From the NCBI RefSeq assembly GCF_009914755.1, contig NC_060927.1: a stretch of 64,000 nt of DNA; one strand, 5' to 3'. Origin of the DNA: the human T2T-CHM13v2.0 reference genome, Homo sapiens. Numbering within the stretch: the stretch's first letter is position 1; each line of letters opens with the position of its first letter. Below the pieces are notes generated by a model, which did no database searches, had not been told where the DNA came from, and worked only from the letters and a program-made list of their open reading frames with translations. The position numbers and the translations under genes were made by a program. Shown piece by piece: positions 1 to 18,760 of the stretch.

Positions 1-174
1 TTGCTTTAGAGAAATAAACATGAATATTGAGTCACTGGAAGGAATGACACACGCATCCCTCCCCCACCAGTTGGAGTAACGCTGGCCCACCTAGTGTATC
101 TCTGGTCTAGGTCTCGAGGACCTGCTGCTCCTCCCTCACCTGTAGTTGAAGACCTGCCTCAGGTCAGTAGGTGA

Positions 175-539
<365 letters not shown>

Positions 540-1590
540 TGGCTACAAATCTTAAAGGGGGAAGAGATGAGGAGGAATAATCCCCTTTGTCTTCTCAAAA
601 ATGTTTTCACTGGCTCACTACAGCTCCCTCCTTCCTCTTTACTGACCCAAAATGCCAACTATTATAGTAACTCTTTTGGGTTAGACGAATCCAGTGAATA
701 AACACCTACTAAGCATTGGAGGTCCAAGAGGAATAAGATATGCCTGAGCTAAACCTCATCACCCCCGGCCTTGCTTGCAGAGTGGTTTGCTGGCCTCATC
801 TGATTATTCAATGAGTGCTTTCATTTGTTTATTCACTAAATATTTACTGAGCACCTACAAAAGTGCCTGGCCCTGGTAGATGAGGCCTGAGGGAAGCTAA
901 AACTAATAAGACAAACTCCATGCCCTAGAGGAATTCATGGTCTCATAGGGAGAAAATGTAAACACATCATAAAATTATAGCTTATTAAATGCTGCAATAG
1001 AGTACTCCGTAAGAGTGTGGGGGCAGAGAGGAGGGGGAGAAACAGCTGCTTTCTAGAGCCCTCACCTTTTCCACTTCTCTCATCTTTCTGGGTTAGGGTC
1101 TAGCGGGGGTTCCATGAGGATCAGGCTAAATGAGCTTAGAAAAACTAAGCAGACTACTGTATCAGAACTGGATCACAGTAGACAGGCGTTTTCAACAAAC
1201 ATATATTGAGTATCCCTGAGTGCTTTGGACAGGAAGAGGAATTATAGACGAAGATTGTAAGTCGCAGTAATAGATGAGGCAAGGAGCACCAGTGAGGACT
1301 TAACCCTGAAAGAAGTGTGAGCACATCTTCCTCCCAGACAAGGGGGAATAAAGAAAGGAAGATGATCAGGAGAGTTCTAAGTGGAACTCAGCAGCCAGAG
1401 GGGAAGCCGGAGGAGGTAACATCAGAGGGTGCGTTTGCCCACTCAGTAAAGTAGGAGGCAGGGCAGCCTTGTGAAAATAGGAATGGAATAGAAAGCTCAA
1501 GAAAACAGCCAAAAGCAAGGGCAATTAGGGGAGGTTTCGAACTGGCAGATCTACCTCAACTGGCAATACAGCAAGCATGCACCAGAAAAG

Positions 1591-1663
1591 ATATCCTAGC
1601 TAGCAGTGGGGTTGGGAACTGATTTAATATCCTAGGCTAGCAGTGGGGTTGCGAACTGATTTA
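1591..1663. repeat. Imperfect ~36-bp tandem duplication
   Basis: atatcctag(g)ctagcagtggggttg(g/c)gaactgattta x2. Confidence 0.88.
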
Positions 1664-1703
1664 TTATTTAATTTTTTATATCTATTCATGTATTTATGCA
1701 CTT

Positions 1704-2057
<354 letters not shown>

Positions 2058-2135
2058 TAAAAGCAATGACATGGACTCAATATGAAACATCCAAAGCATT
2101 TGACATGCCTTTAAAATAAAAAAATCAGTACTCAC

Positions 2136-2169
2136 CTCGTGCTCATTTCAAACTGTGGATTTCCTTGGT
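2136..2169 (-). CDS. MCF2L2: MCF2L2 34-nt coding micro-exon (D-QGNPQFEMST-S)
   Basis: Acceptor ttttag|ac and donor gag|gtgagt. Completes the split Asp codon. Matches the recalled protein after the PH domain. Confidence 0.88.
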
Positions 2170-3924
2170 CTAAAATTTTAAAAAACAAAAAACAGCACTC
2201 TCAAATTTAAGCTAATTTGAATTGATTTTACATAGTGATTTTTAAATACACATATATGCATAAAGAGAATACTATAAAAATATATAAAGGTGTGTAGGTC
2301 TTGATCATATTTTCCCAGGAATTCAGAAAACGCTGCTACAGTCCCTGGGCTCACGTGGTCCTGGCATCCTCCCCAACGTCTCTACCCCATCCTGCTGAGT
2401 TTCTGGCATGCATTGGTTCTGGGTCTGTCCAAGTTTCTACTGTTAGCTCCATTAATACTGAATTAAGGAATAAACAGTGCTCAAATGCTCATTTTTTCCA
2501 TGTGAGCCCAAATTATGTGACTTGATGAGGGAAAAAATCATGAGTCCCTGGGAGAGCGATAAGAATCACATTCTTTACTAAAGTGTTGTCCCAGGTATGA
2601 GAATAACACCAGATCTCAACCTCCAGAGGCCCCCCACTGCCTCCCACAGCATAAAAGCCAAATTCCTCGGCCCGATATTTGAGGCCATCTCAATCTTTTT
2701 CCTTTCACCCTATACCTGACTCTCCCAGGCTAGGCTCAGATCGTCACTGAATGTGCTCACTTCGAGGCACCTCTGTGATTTTCAAGGTTCCTGGGCCCAC
2801 CTTTTACTACCGATGTGACTGCCACATGTTGCCCAGTTGCTAGGATGGGACCGTGGCCTTGATTTCTGCCGGGACTGAGGCTTTGCCTTGTTTCCCACCC
2901 ACCCTGCTGCCTGCCCCTGCACTCTTCTGGCTGGGGCCTGATCTTTCCCCGCAGTCTCCCTTCACCTCTAGATCACAGGCAGTCATGCCACAGCTGAGGA
3001 GCTTGTCCCAAACCTCAGTGCCTGCCTCCCTCCTCGGCTTCTTGTGCTGCTGTGTCTCACCCATCAGTGACGCTCTTCTCTTCCCTGCCCAAGCCCTAGC
3101 TGACTCCATAACACCTGGATACAATGTCCTCTTCTGTCTGGTTACCTCCGAGAGGCCCTCTCTCTACATCCCTCATTGGCTCCCAGTGTCATTCCTCTCA
3201 CCCATGGCCCTAAGGTCACTGTATTCTTTGGCCAGTGTACAGGGTTATTATGCTTAACAATCCACAAAGGTTGAAAGGTGTTGTAGGATGGTGTAAAAAT
3301 GAATCTGGGTGGTAATGTTTATATGTCAGAGCTTTGTAAAGTGCTCGGCAGGCGTAAGGTACTGACAGTCCTGATATTCCTGATCTTGGAACCTGGGACA
3401 CCATCTTCTCAACATTGCCCGGATACCCTCAAGGGTATCCAGACAGCCTGAGTTTGCATTCTGTTCCTGGTTCAGCCCAGGGCCCTGGTTCCCGCTCACT
3501 CACCATCCACTGTGGGCCCTCTCTAAATTCTTAAAGCCCTTGCCATTTGCATCACTCACAGAGACATTTCATCAGAGCCTACTTGGTGCACCAGGCTCAG
3601 GAGACTCAGTTCTGCTGCGGATAAGTTATGTAAAATTGACCCTCTGCTTGCACATCTGTAAAAGGAAGGGGCTGGCACAACACCTCTGGGCCTTTCAGTT
3701 CAGTAGTGTTTTCTTTTTATCTAAACCACGTGCTGGGTCCTGGTTTTGCTTCTTATCTAGATTTTTGCATTCCTGTCACAACCTATAAAGCACAGTTCAG
3801 GCCTTAAGGAGGGCTTGAGAAATCTCTTTCCGAATTGTCAACTGAATAAGTGTCATATCTTCATAACAAACTTGTCTTTTTTTGCAGGGCCAGGAAGGCA
3901 GCAGGGGAGTCAGTTAAAATATAA

Positions 3925-5530
3925 ATTTTAGATTAAGCTTAATATTGTTAAGAAGTCAATTCTCACCAAATTGTTCTAGAGATTTTACATAATCCTAATC
4001 AAAATCTCAATAAGGTTTTTTGAGAAGTTGGCAAGCAGATTCTAAAATATATATAGAAGTATAAAGGACACAGAATAATCAAAACAACTTTAAAAAGGAA
4101 GAACAAAATTATAGGACTCTAACTACCTCATTTTAAGACTTATTAGAAAGCAGCAGTAACCAAGATAGTGAGGGACTGATGTCAAGGTAGACAAATAGAT
4201 CAATGGAAAAGAATCAGGCATCCAGAAATAGATGCACTTACATAAATCATCAATTGGAGAAAGAATAGTGTTTTTAACAACTGGCAATGGAAAAACTAGA
4301 ACATCAGTATGCAAAGGACTGAACTTTGATCCATACCTCCCACCACATACAAATCAAAAACAGAAACAAACAAACAAACAAACAAATACTCAAAATGGAT
4401 CAGAGACCTAAATGTAAAACTATAAAACTTCTGGAAGAAAACACAGGGAGAAAATCTTTATGGCTTTTAGATAACGATTTCTTAGGCAGGATACCGAAAA
4501 CATGATACATACAGTTTTTAAAATTAAATATTATAAGAATTAAAGTCTTTTGCTCTTCAAAAGTCACTCTTAAGAGAAAAAGATGCCACACACTAGAAGA
4601 AAATATTTACAAAGCATTAAAAGGACATATATCTAGGATATACATAAAAACTCTCAAAAGTCAATAATAAGAAAACAATGAGCAAAAGATTTGAACAGAC
4701 ACTTCACCAAAGAAGAGATAAAGATGGCAAAGAAGCACATAAAGAGATGCTCAACCATTAGTTACTAGGGAAAAGCAAATTAAAACCTAATGACATACCA
4801 CTATGCCCCTATTAGAAATCTGAAAATTTAAAAGACTGACAATACCAAGTATTGGTGAGGACATGGCACAAGTGGAACTCTCATACATTACTATGGGAAT
4901 GGAAGATACTATAATCACTTTGGAAAGTATTTAGAAATTTCCTAAAAAATTAAACATACACCTACCATATGGCCTAACCATTACACTCTTAGGTATTTAC
5001 CCAAGAGAAATGAAAACACATGTCCACACAAAGACTTGTACTTGCATGTTCATAGCAGCATTATTCAAAATAGCCCCAAAGCAGAAACAAATCGGATGTT
5101 CATTAACAAGTAAATGGATAAAGAAAACGGGGTCTAGCCAAACAATGAAATACTACTCAGCAACAACCAAAATATGTACTATTGTTTACAAAATCCAAAT
5201 AGATGAATCTCAGAATAATTATGCAGAGGAGAGAAGCCAGACCAAAAAAAAAAGTACATAGTGTATTATCTCTTATGAAATTCTAGAAAATGCAAACTAA
5301 CCTATAGTGACAGAAAGGAGACTGGTGGTCACCTGGGGTGGGTGAGGGAGGGGCAGGAGAAAGGGAATGCAAAGCAGTGTGAACAAACCTTTGGCGGTGA
5401 TAGGCATGTTCATTATCCTTACTGTGGTGATGCCTTACAGATGTATACAGATGTCAAAACTTATCAGATTGTACACTTTAAATATGTGTGGTTTATCGTG
5501 TCATTATACCTCAGTAAAGGAGTTTTAAAA
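3925..5530 (+). mobile_element. Ancient L1MC/MD-type 3' fragment
   Basis: Degenerate ORF2 end (MKTHVHTKTCTCMFIAALF) and L1M 3'UTR ending ttatacctcagtaaag. Confidence 0.8.
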
Positions 5531-6524
5531 ATTGTAGTAAAAGGTCTCTACCTAGAAACCTTAATAAGCTAAAATGTATGTCCCCAGGACTAACCCTAGC
5601 TATTCTATAGTTCTGGGGTGGAACCTAGAAATCTGCATTTGTAGCAAGCCCTTCAAATAATTTGAATGCAGGTGGTCCTTAAACCACCCTTTGAGAAACA
5701 CTGACCTAGTGAGTAAGGATTTCTAAACAAGCTTGTGACTAGAATGTTGTTTCTGCAGGGAACAAGTGACTTTTTCTACTAGAGTTGCCATATCATTCCG
5801 TGTTAAGCCTCTAGGACACTCCTACTCAATTACCATGACATATATTTAACATAATATTAATAGTTGTAAAACAAAAGTAAACCATAGTTTTTTTCCCATC
5901 TTATCTGTATACAAAGTAAAATCAATGACATAATATTGTTACTAGTTCCTGGCAGTTACCTACAGTTTAAATCAAGAACTTATGTTGCTTGGTTTTTGTG
6001 ACAGAAAACTGATGTGGTGGCTTTCCAGTTACACTGCTTGGTTTACCTTTTCCCTTATCTTATGATGCACACCCAGCTTTGCACGTTCCTGAGCAGCTGA
6101 TGATCATAGAAGACCTAGAAAAAGTGTGAGCCAGTTGCATTCCTGCTATCTCTAAAGAAAAAAGTTATCTTTTCATTTTTATGTGATTTTTCTTACCCAA
6201 AATGCAAACCACTGCCAGTATAAATGATGGAAGATAGACTTTCCACATGAAACTGGCATTTCTTCACCCTAGTAACATTACCTGAGGGGAAGGTCAGAAC
6301 TCAATTGATAAAGCTCGCTGTGGATTTTCCCACCAAATATCCCTGCAAACAAAGTGAAAGGATAAAGCCTGCTTAAAGATGATTTGTAATTGTTGAAAGG
6401 AGTACAGTGTGTGACATCAGTGAAAATGGTGGAGAAAAAACCCGTCCCCAAATTCTCTTCTTTGTGAAAGCATGGAAAAAACTGGCCAAAAATGGTTAGA
6501 AAATTTATTTTCAGAATATCGAAA

Positions 6525-8813
<2,289 letters not shown>

Positions 8814-9692
8814 CGGAGAACACTGGAAATTAAATGATGGCTTGCAGCAATCTGGAGAGCATTTATTCAAGGAAAATGGCTGTGTCTCAGTATGACTAAT
8901 GAGCTTTTTAACTTGCCCTATTTCTATCCTCCCCTTCCTTGGTGGTAGCCTTAGAAATGAACAGCCTGCAATGATAGTGAAAATCAGCAGTCTGGCAGCC
9001 ATGGGAGGGGCAGAACAGGAATGGGGGAACTATGGAGCCTCATTCTTAGAGAATTATCATTATTTGATCTGTCCACGGGTTTCTAGGAATACCTGACCTG
9101 CAAGTCTGTCTTTATTAGGCCTGACTCAGAACTTGCCCAATGTGAAAAGTCTTTTCCCCAAAGGCCTTTGTAGAAAATGATTACAGGCAATTGTTTAACT
9201 TCTTGGTTGCTCGAGGTATTGGCTAACAGTGGGGCAAACATGGGCTAATCAGAAGGTTTAAAATGAAATGCTCAGGAATAAGATGCTCATAGAGGGTTGT
9301 AAAGGCTCCAAAATATTTATGAGACTCTAGAAGACCATGCACACATTTCCTGTGAACATGTTCAGGACAGATCTGCGAAGGCCCCACGATCTTACCTCTG
9401 GCTGATCTTGATGATCTGCACAAACAGAAAGTGAAAGCTAGGCTAGAACTGTCAAGTGCCAGGCTGAGTGTGAAGGTGTGCCCTAATGTGCACACAGAGC
9501 CCCTTGGCAAAGACTAGAAGACTTACTGCTTTCAGGTGTTTAAAGAAATCTCTGTCATGTCATTAGTATTTAGATCACTAAGCTAACTGAACAGAGGCTT
9601 CAATGGCTGCACATAAATACAGACTTCACAGAATTAGTTTAGAAAAGTCACTATAACAAACAACAATAAACAGCAACACCAACAAACAGTAG

Positions 9693-10201
<509 letters not shown>

Positions 10202-12016
10202 TTAACTATTTTTACATGTTCAAAAAGTTAAAGGAAATCATATATAAAGACTAAAGGAAAGCACAAGAACAAATCCTCATTAAATAGAAAATATAAAGAT
10301 TTGTTTTAAAGGACGAAACAGAAATTCTAGATTTCAAAAGTATAATAATTGAATGAGAAATTCACTAGAGTGGCTGGCTCAATAGCAGATCTGAGCAGGC
10401 AGAAGAAAGAATTAGAGAACTCAGAAATAGGTCAATTGAATCTATCCAGTCTGAGGAAGAGAAAGAAAGAGGAATGAAGGAAAAATGAATAGAGCCTCAG
10501 AGACTGTGAGATACCTTCAAGCACGCTAATGACGCATAATGGCAGTCTCAGAAGGAGAGAGGGATAAATGGGCTAAAATAATATTTAAAGAAGCAATGGC
10601 TGAACATTTCCCAAATCTGATGAAAACATTAATCTATACCTTCAAGAAAGTCTATAAACTCCAAGAAATATAAATTCAAAGAGATCAAGATCCACACCTA
10701 GAGATAACATAATCAAACTGTCAACAAAGACAATGAAATTATCTTGAAAGCAGCAAGCACATAGAAGGACTCTTCAATAAGATTAACAGCTGATTTCTAT
10801 CAGAAATCACAGAGTTGAGAAGGCAATGGGATGACATATTCAAAGTGCTTAAAGAAAAAGAGGGTCAACAAGGAATTCTATACCTAAAGCCAATTTATCT
10901 TCAACAAAGATGCCAAGACCATTCAAAGTGGGGAAAGAATAGTCTTTTCAATCAATGGTTCTAGGACAATGGATATCCACATGTAAAAAAAGGAACTTGG
11001 GCCCCTAATTCACATCATATACAAAAATTAACTCGGAATGAGTCAAAGGCTTAACTGTAAGAGTTAAAACTATAAACTCTTTGCAAAGAACACTATCAAG
11101 AGAGTAAAAAGACAATGCACAGTATGGGAAAAAATACTTGCAAATAATATATCTGATAAAAGTCCAGTATCCAGAATATATAAATAACTCTTACAATTCA
11201 ACCATAAAATGACAAGCCAATTAAAAAACATACAAATGAGTTAACTGACATTTCTACAAAGAAGATATACCAATGGCCAATATGCATGTTAAAAGATGCT
11301 CAACATCACTAGCCATGAGGGAAATGTAAATCAAAATCACAATGAGATACTAGTACATGCCCACTAGGATGGCAATGATAATAATAATAATAATAATAAT
11401 AATGTTATTATAATGAACAATACAAGTGTTAGTAAGGAAATGGAGAAAATTGAACCCAACTATTATATTGCTGGTGTGAATGTGAAATGGTGGTACTGTT
11501 TTGAAAGATGATTTGGAAGTTCCTCAGAAAGTTAACAAAAGTTACCATATGGTCTGGCAATTCTACATATATACACCAAAGAAAACTGGAAATAAAGATT
11601 CATACAAAAATCTGTACAAAAATATCTACAGCAGCTTTACTTACAGTATCCAAAAAGGGGAAAAAACCCAAATCTTCATCAACTAATGAATGGATAAACA
11701 AAGATGGTATATCCATACAATGGACTGTTACTCAGCCATAAAAAGGTATGAAGTACTGATAGATACTACAACATAAATGAAACTTAAAAAAATACGCAAA
11801 GTGAAAGAAGCTAGACAGAAAGGGCCATATATGTGATGTGTAGAGAAAACATCCAATAGAGACAGGAAATACATTAGTGATTGCCAGGGGCTGGGTAAAG
11901 GTGAGAGATGGAGAATGATTGCTAATTGGTACAGAATTTTTTTGTTGGGAGAGTTATGAAAATATTTTGGAAGTATAATTAGAATTAGGCTGTTAAATAC
12001 TTTAAAACAAAAAACA

Positions 12017-12430
<414 letters not shown>

Positions 12431-12792
12431 TTATATCTTGATGTTTTAAAAAAAGTAGTACAGTGTCTGAAAGGTAGCATTGGCCATTTGAATCTCTGTT
12501 AACATTTTCTTGGGTGGCCATCAGATTTTTGATTAAAGGTGACCTTGGCAATTAAGTGGTGGGGGGAACACAACCAAAAGGGACAAACCAACACAACCAC
12601 ACACAATCACACAACCCCTCCACCTCCACCACAGTGGAAATCAAGCATAGGTGCTTCCAGGGACTGTGAAAATGTGGCCACAGTTGTTTTCCCAGCAAAC
12701 CATTTTCTTTCACAATATCCCCAATTTGCACATCCCCCACTGAGCTGAAATCAGTATAACTCGACAGACGAAAGTCAGCAGGGGTAACCTAC

Positions 12793-12871
12793 CTTTGATA
12801 TTATTTTGTTGTTCCATCAATAATTTACTTATTTCTGAAAACCAACAGTCTCTGATTTCTTTTGAAGCTGC
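12793..12871 (-). CDS. MCF2L2: MCF2L2 coding exon, 79 nt, end of PH domain (AASKEIRDCWFSEISKLLMEQQNNIK)
   Basis: Acceptor ttgcag|gca and donor aag|gtaggt. Carries the invariant PH C-terminal helix Trp. Confidence 0.95.
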
Positions 12872-13038
12872 CTGCAATCACACATAAGAAAACACTATAA
12901 GACTACCATGAGTATTAATTGCAGAGTTTTTATTCTCCCAGTGACCGTTAGACTAATGAGATAGAAAACACTTGTCAAGTCATGGGAACACAATAAGGAA
13001 AGAGTAGAGGAGACCCATGGGGAAGGCATGAGCGTTAC

Positions 13039-13131
13039 CTGCAGGATGTATTTCTCAAGTCCATTTCGACTGGCAATCTCAAACTTTCTATGGCTCCCCC
13101 TTCCAAGCTGGCGAATTGAAAGTGTCATCAG
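13039..13131 (-). CDS. MCF2L2: MCF2L2 coding exon, 93 nt, PH domain (LMTLSIRQLGRGSHRKFEIASRNGLEKYILQ)
   Basis: Acceptor aatag|ctg and donor cag|gtaacg. KFEI....E.YILQ motif. Confidence 0.95.
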
Positions 13132-13492
13132 CTATTATAAAGAGGGAAGAGAAATGTTCTATACCATCGTTTTCTGATTTTAAAATAGTCCCTGTCAATC
13201 ACTCTAATCCTTTCTATCCTTGACAGCTCTCTTCTTTCATCTTCCTTTCAAGTTTTTGCTTTCCTCTCTTAATGACTCCAAGACAGCATAAAACACAATC
13301 TGGTACAGTGTCTTCTGTCTCATCTGTTTCAGAAGGTAACACAGACTGTTAACTTTCTACTGTATCTTTATGCAGGAGGCGCTGCAGCCCTCAACCTTTC
13401 AGTGAAGAGATCATTTCTCCTTCAACATGTATTTTACAACTTTCTACGTAATAGTAACTGAATAAGGATCTATTCAGAAACATAAATAACAA

Positions 13493-13951
<459 letters not shown>

Positions 13952-14504
13952 TTAACAGCTTTAATCACAAGAGCATAAATATATATGGGTGTGGCTCCTG
14001 TATGTGGGTGTGTGTGTTTCATAGCCTGAGAGCTAACTGGCTATGAAACAGTTTCTAAACAGGTGAGAAAACAATGCTTGGTGTGGGCCTGGGTGCCTTA
14101 GACCCCAAGGTCAGGACAATGCCTGCACTTAGACACAAAGATACACCGTTGAGAAGGGCAAGTCTAAGATGAAATCCAGCCCATGTTCTCATCACTAAGT
14201 CTTTCAACTCTCTTTTACCTCTTTGCCTGGAAGAAAGAGGGTACTTTTACTAATTAGTTTGTCCAGACTGGCTGCCATATAGTCTTTTTTCTCTAGTACA
14301 AAGGCACTCCTATGCCAGCCCTGGCCCATAAGCTCTGACCCTGGAGTCAGACAGACCCGGCTATGGATTCTAGCCCTGTGGTGTGGTATTTGGCAAGTTA
14401 ACTTCACCTCTCTACACTGCAGCTTCCTCATCTGTAAAATAAGGAAAACGATCTCTCTCTTTTCTGCATAGGGCGACTCCCAGATGCAATAGGACTCCCT
14501 TTAC

Positions 14505-14720
14505 CTTCATGGCCTTCTTGAAGCTGTAATGAGGAGATAATCCCTGGTCCCCAGGCTCCATTCGTATCTTACAGAACACTATTCCCCTTTCAAATAGGTA
14601 GATTTGCCTCTGGCTGGGTTTAAATCGAATCAAATCCTTCATTTTATAACGATCCTTGTGAATTGTCCAGACGCTGAAAGGGCCGTGCAGCAACAGCTTG
14701 CCTAGTTTTCCAATATCGTC
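14505..14720 (-). CDS. MCF2L2: MCF2L2 coding exon, 216 nt, PH domain (DDIGKLGKLLLHGPFSVW...YSFKKAMK)
   Basis: Acceptor ccaaaag|gac and donor aag|gtaaag. LGKLL..G.F.VW and YLFE..IVFCK Dbl-type PH motifs. Within ORF 14412..14798. Confidence 0.97.
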
Positions 14721-16223
14721 CTTTTGGAAACACACATACAGGAAAAGAAGCTGTAAAATTACTTGACAGAGAAAGAAGCCTTTGTGGCCTGTTTTCAAAT
14801 TTTATAAAGCATGCTTCTTTGAGGTTTACAATTCTAAAAGTGCTATTCAGGCTGGTCTGTCACTAAATCAAAACGACAATTTTTTGAGCTTCACTGAGCG
14901 TGGTGCCGTTTAGTTATATAAGGAAATCAATTCAGCTATGAAAGGTAATGCTATACATAAAGAATGTTAGAAATGCTTGAGCTAGAGATACGGGGACTGT
15001 GATATTTTTGACTCAATTTTAACTAGCAGAATTCAATTTCCTCTGTGCTATGTTTGATACATGACAGTCTCCTTCAAAGGGACAAGAAATTAACATTTCA
15101 ATTATGTCCAGTAGAGATAGAATTTTGGCTGCATTGTGGACCCATGAGCATCTGTGTGTTCCATCTGCATCCTAACTTCTGCTTCAGGTATATGAGGACC
15201 TGAGAAAATGAAGCTTGTTCTGAAAAGAGAAAGTTTACTGTGATCTAATCTTCACAACATTGTAATGGAAATAGTAACTGCATTCAACTCTGAGTTTTTC
15301 AGAGTGAGTCAACAGTGCCAAGATAATACCAAATGACAGATTTTTAAGAAGTCTGTTTGACTCTAGGCATAAACTGTGATGCCCCTGTCTCCACCAGCAA
15401 GGCTGCCTTTGTCATATGTCTGGTTGAAAGTCCAAATGAGATGACCCTGCCTTCTCTGAGCTCTCTTCAAAAGACAGTGGACCAAGATGAGCTGGGAGCG
15501 AGGCATTTTATCTGGTATTTTTCAAAACTTCGATTGCTTAAAGCAGATAAGAATTCATTTCCCTGAATAAAAACACCAAAAGGAACAAATTATTTGAAGG
15601 GGACCAAGACAAAGAAATCTCCCTAAGTGACCTCTAGCTGAGATCAATCCCTATGATTTCTGAGTTAATACTGGAAATATGTACTTCATTCATAATTGAT
15701 TGGGCATTTTTATAATTTATTGTTTATATGTTGGGCAAACTCTAGGTATCTTTTTTAAAAAGGAATTGACTTTACTTCTGAAACATTAAAAGAAAAACTT
15801 CAAGAGCAATAAACTCTAGTCATTTCTATGGTGTCTATGGCGTTATTTCCTATGTTAATTTTCTATTTTCTTCTTTGGAAAATTTACATATGTAGACTGT
15901 GGTGAATAAAACCCTCAAACTCCCAGCCACGAGGCTTCTTTCCTAAAAGCCAATGCTCCTGTTCTGTGTTAACAGTTCACCACATTCCAAAACAGAAGGG
16001 TGGATAGGTCCATGAGGACCCTGGAGAATTTTTTCACTCTATCTGCATCCATCAAGGACCCACTCAAATGTAATCACTACAGACCTTAGTGACTGCTTTT
16101 TCCTTTAAATCCATTCAATTCATAATCAATATCGACATAAATAGTGCAGGAAATATGTTTTAGTAAAGGCAACTGGTAGAAGTAGATACTTAATATTTGC
16201 CACATAAACAAATGTTATCAGCA

Positions 16224-16897
16224 CAGGTTGAGCATCCATAATTTAAAAAATCTGAAATCCTCCAAAATCTGGAACTTTCTGAGAACCAGTATGACACTGG
16301 AGGTGAAAAATTCCATACCTGACCACATGTGATGGGTGGCAGTCAAAACACAGTCAAAATTTTGCTTCATGCACAAAATTATTTTTTATTTTTTATTTTT
16401 TTGAGACGGAGTCTTACTCTGTTGCCAAGGCTGCAGTAGAGTGGCACGACCTTGGCTCACCGCAACCTCTGTCTCCTGAGTTCAAGGGACTCTCCTGCCT
16501 CATCCTCCCGAGTAGCTTGGATTACAGGCGTGCATTACCATGCCCGGCTAATTTTTGTATTTTTAGTAGAGCCAGGGTTTCAGCATGTTGGCCAGGCTGG
16601 TCTCGAACTCCTGACCTCTGGTGATCTGCCCACCTCAGCCTCCCAAAGTGCTGGGATTACAGGCATAAGCCACTGCTCCCGGCCTTCATGCACTAAATTA
16701 TTTAAAATATGTAAAATTACCTTCAGTCTATGTGTATAAGGTGTCATGAAACATAAATGAATTTCGTGTTTACACTTGGGTTCCATCTGCAACATAACTC
16801 AGTACGTATGCAAATACTCCAATCCTCCCCTAAAAAAAAAAAAACTCCAAAACACTTTTGGCCTCAAGCATTTTGGCTAAGGGATATTCAAACTTGT
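16224..16897. mobile_element. Tigger4/MER46-like DNA transposon fossil interrupted by an Alu
   Basis: Terminal inverted repeats caggttgagcatcc ... ggatattcaaacttg. Confidence 0.7.
16382..16684 (-). mobile_element. AluS
   Basis: Dimer. TSD cttcatgcac(a/t)aaattattt on both sides. Confidence 0.92.
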
Positions 16898-17029
16898 AGT
16901 TTCTATCTTACAATGTATTCACTCTCTACCTCATTTTAAACATTCGACGCATCTTACAGAAATATATACAGTATAGACAGATAGAAAATAACCGAGGGAA
17001 TTAAGGTGAAGAAAAAATAAAGAAGTTGG

Positions 17030-17150
17030 GAGCTTGGCGCCTGCCTGTAGTCGCAACTACTTGGGAGGCTGAGGCAGGAGGATCACTTGAGTCCAGGAGT
17101 TTGAGGCCAGCCTGGGCAACATAGGGAGATCACCATCCCTAAATATAAAG
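17030..17150 (+). mobile_element. FLAM monomer
   Basis: Single Alu-like monomer. Confidence 0.75.
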
Positions 17151-18760
17151 ACAATAAATCAGATGAACTGTTCCAGAAGGTGTAGAAGATAAAAGAAAAG
17201 ATGAAGAGGTTATATGTAAAATGCATATAATAAAGCCATTTAAACTTGATGTAAACTTGGCTCTGACTTTCTAATAGCAATACAGAGGGAAACATGGTGA
17301 GTGGTACGATTTATTATGTCTGAAGACATACACAAACCGGTTGTTCAGGAAAAGCACAGCTATTCCTACTAAGACATAAGAAACATTTCTCCCAGTGATA
17401 TGTTGTCACTGAGCAACATCCTCAACCACGCCCTATGATAGAAAGAGGAACATGTTTTAGGTAAAGCTGCTTGTAAGAACACATTTGGTCAGTGTGGAGG
17501 CTCAGCTGTCAAAGTAATTCTAGAAGAGGCTAGGATGATAGGGGAAGGGGGAATAAGTCGAGGTGTACACTCTCTAATGACTTGTGAAGATGGGGTGACG
17601 TGAGTTAAGGCATCCACAAGGCTATTGTAGAGGAAACAGCCCCAACCAGAAATGCTGAAGAGGCAGCCTCAGGCAGCAAGGTTTGTGCTTTATTACCTCT
17701 GAACTTTCCTCATCACCCCATCCACAGCCATGCTGCTGCACCTTCATAGGCAAGTAATCAGAGGATGTGAATCCAGAGAGGTACCAGCAGCTGACCATAG
17801 GGCCCCCAGCATAAAAACAATGTGCCAGGGTTGGGGGTTGGCAATGTGATCTCTCCCTGAACTGAAGAAAACAGGAGGAAATGATGACCAGCAGGAGATG
17901 GGGCTGTGAGATGCTTTAGGGGAAAGCAGGCAGTGGAATAAACGAGAAGGAAACAGAACTATGAAGAAGGTGAGTCATTAGAAATTATGAGGAAGAGGAA
18001 GAAACTGACGGAAGGGAAAAAAACAGTCAGTAGGTGGTAAGAGGGGGGGCGAGCAGGCATGTGGGTGCACTTGACATATACAGGCGGGTCACACAGGTAA
18101 GAACCCCGGCTCCCTCCCCAGGCCCAGGCCCCAGAGGTGCTGTGGATCCTGGGTTTGCTCAGTTCCCATCTCCGCGAACTTGGCTTTGCCATCGTGACTT
18201 CTTGAGAAGCTGCAGGTCAGCTTTCCAGTAAGCCCATTATTACTGGAAGTGACTCGGGGGGAGTCGCTGGGTCTTTCAAGTCTGGCAGAAACATATGGGC
18301 ACATATCCTCTGGGTCATGTTGCACAAATGTTCTCAGGACCACACATATGACGGTATTGCCCATCTCCACGCCCAAGGTCCGATCTCCAGCGGGTGAGCA
18401 CATGCCCTACACGGTGCTGACCAAGGGCAGGCACACACACTGTTCACTGTGCTGTGTGGAGCTGCTCCGCCTCCAACAGGAAGCTGCAGGGACATTCCCT
18501 GAGCAGGAGCAAGAATGACCTTTTCCGTCACGTGTACCTTTTCTTTCCAACTAGACTGTAGTTGATCTCAAGGTCGGAGACCACGTTGCACAACCTCTTT
18601 CAGATACGTGTTCACCAGTATTTATTTATTTATTGGCATTCCCTAGTATTTATTTATTTATTGGCATTTAGTGGTGCTTGGGAGTAGGGGACAGGAAACA
18701 AAATACTCATCACTGTGAGGGAATATTGATTTATCCAAGGAGTTCATTCAGCGACGCCCC

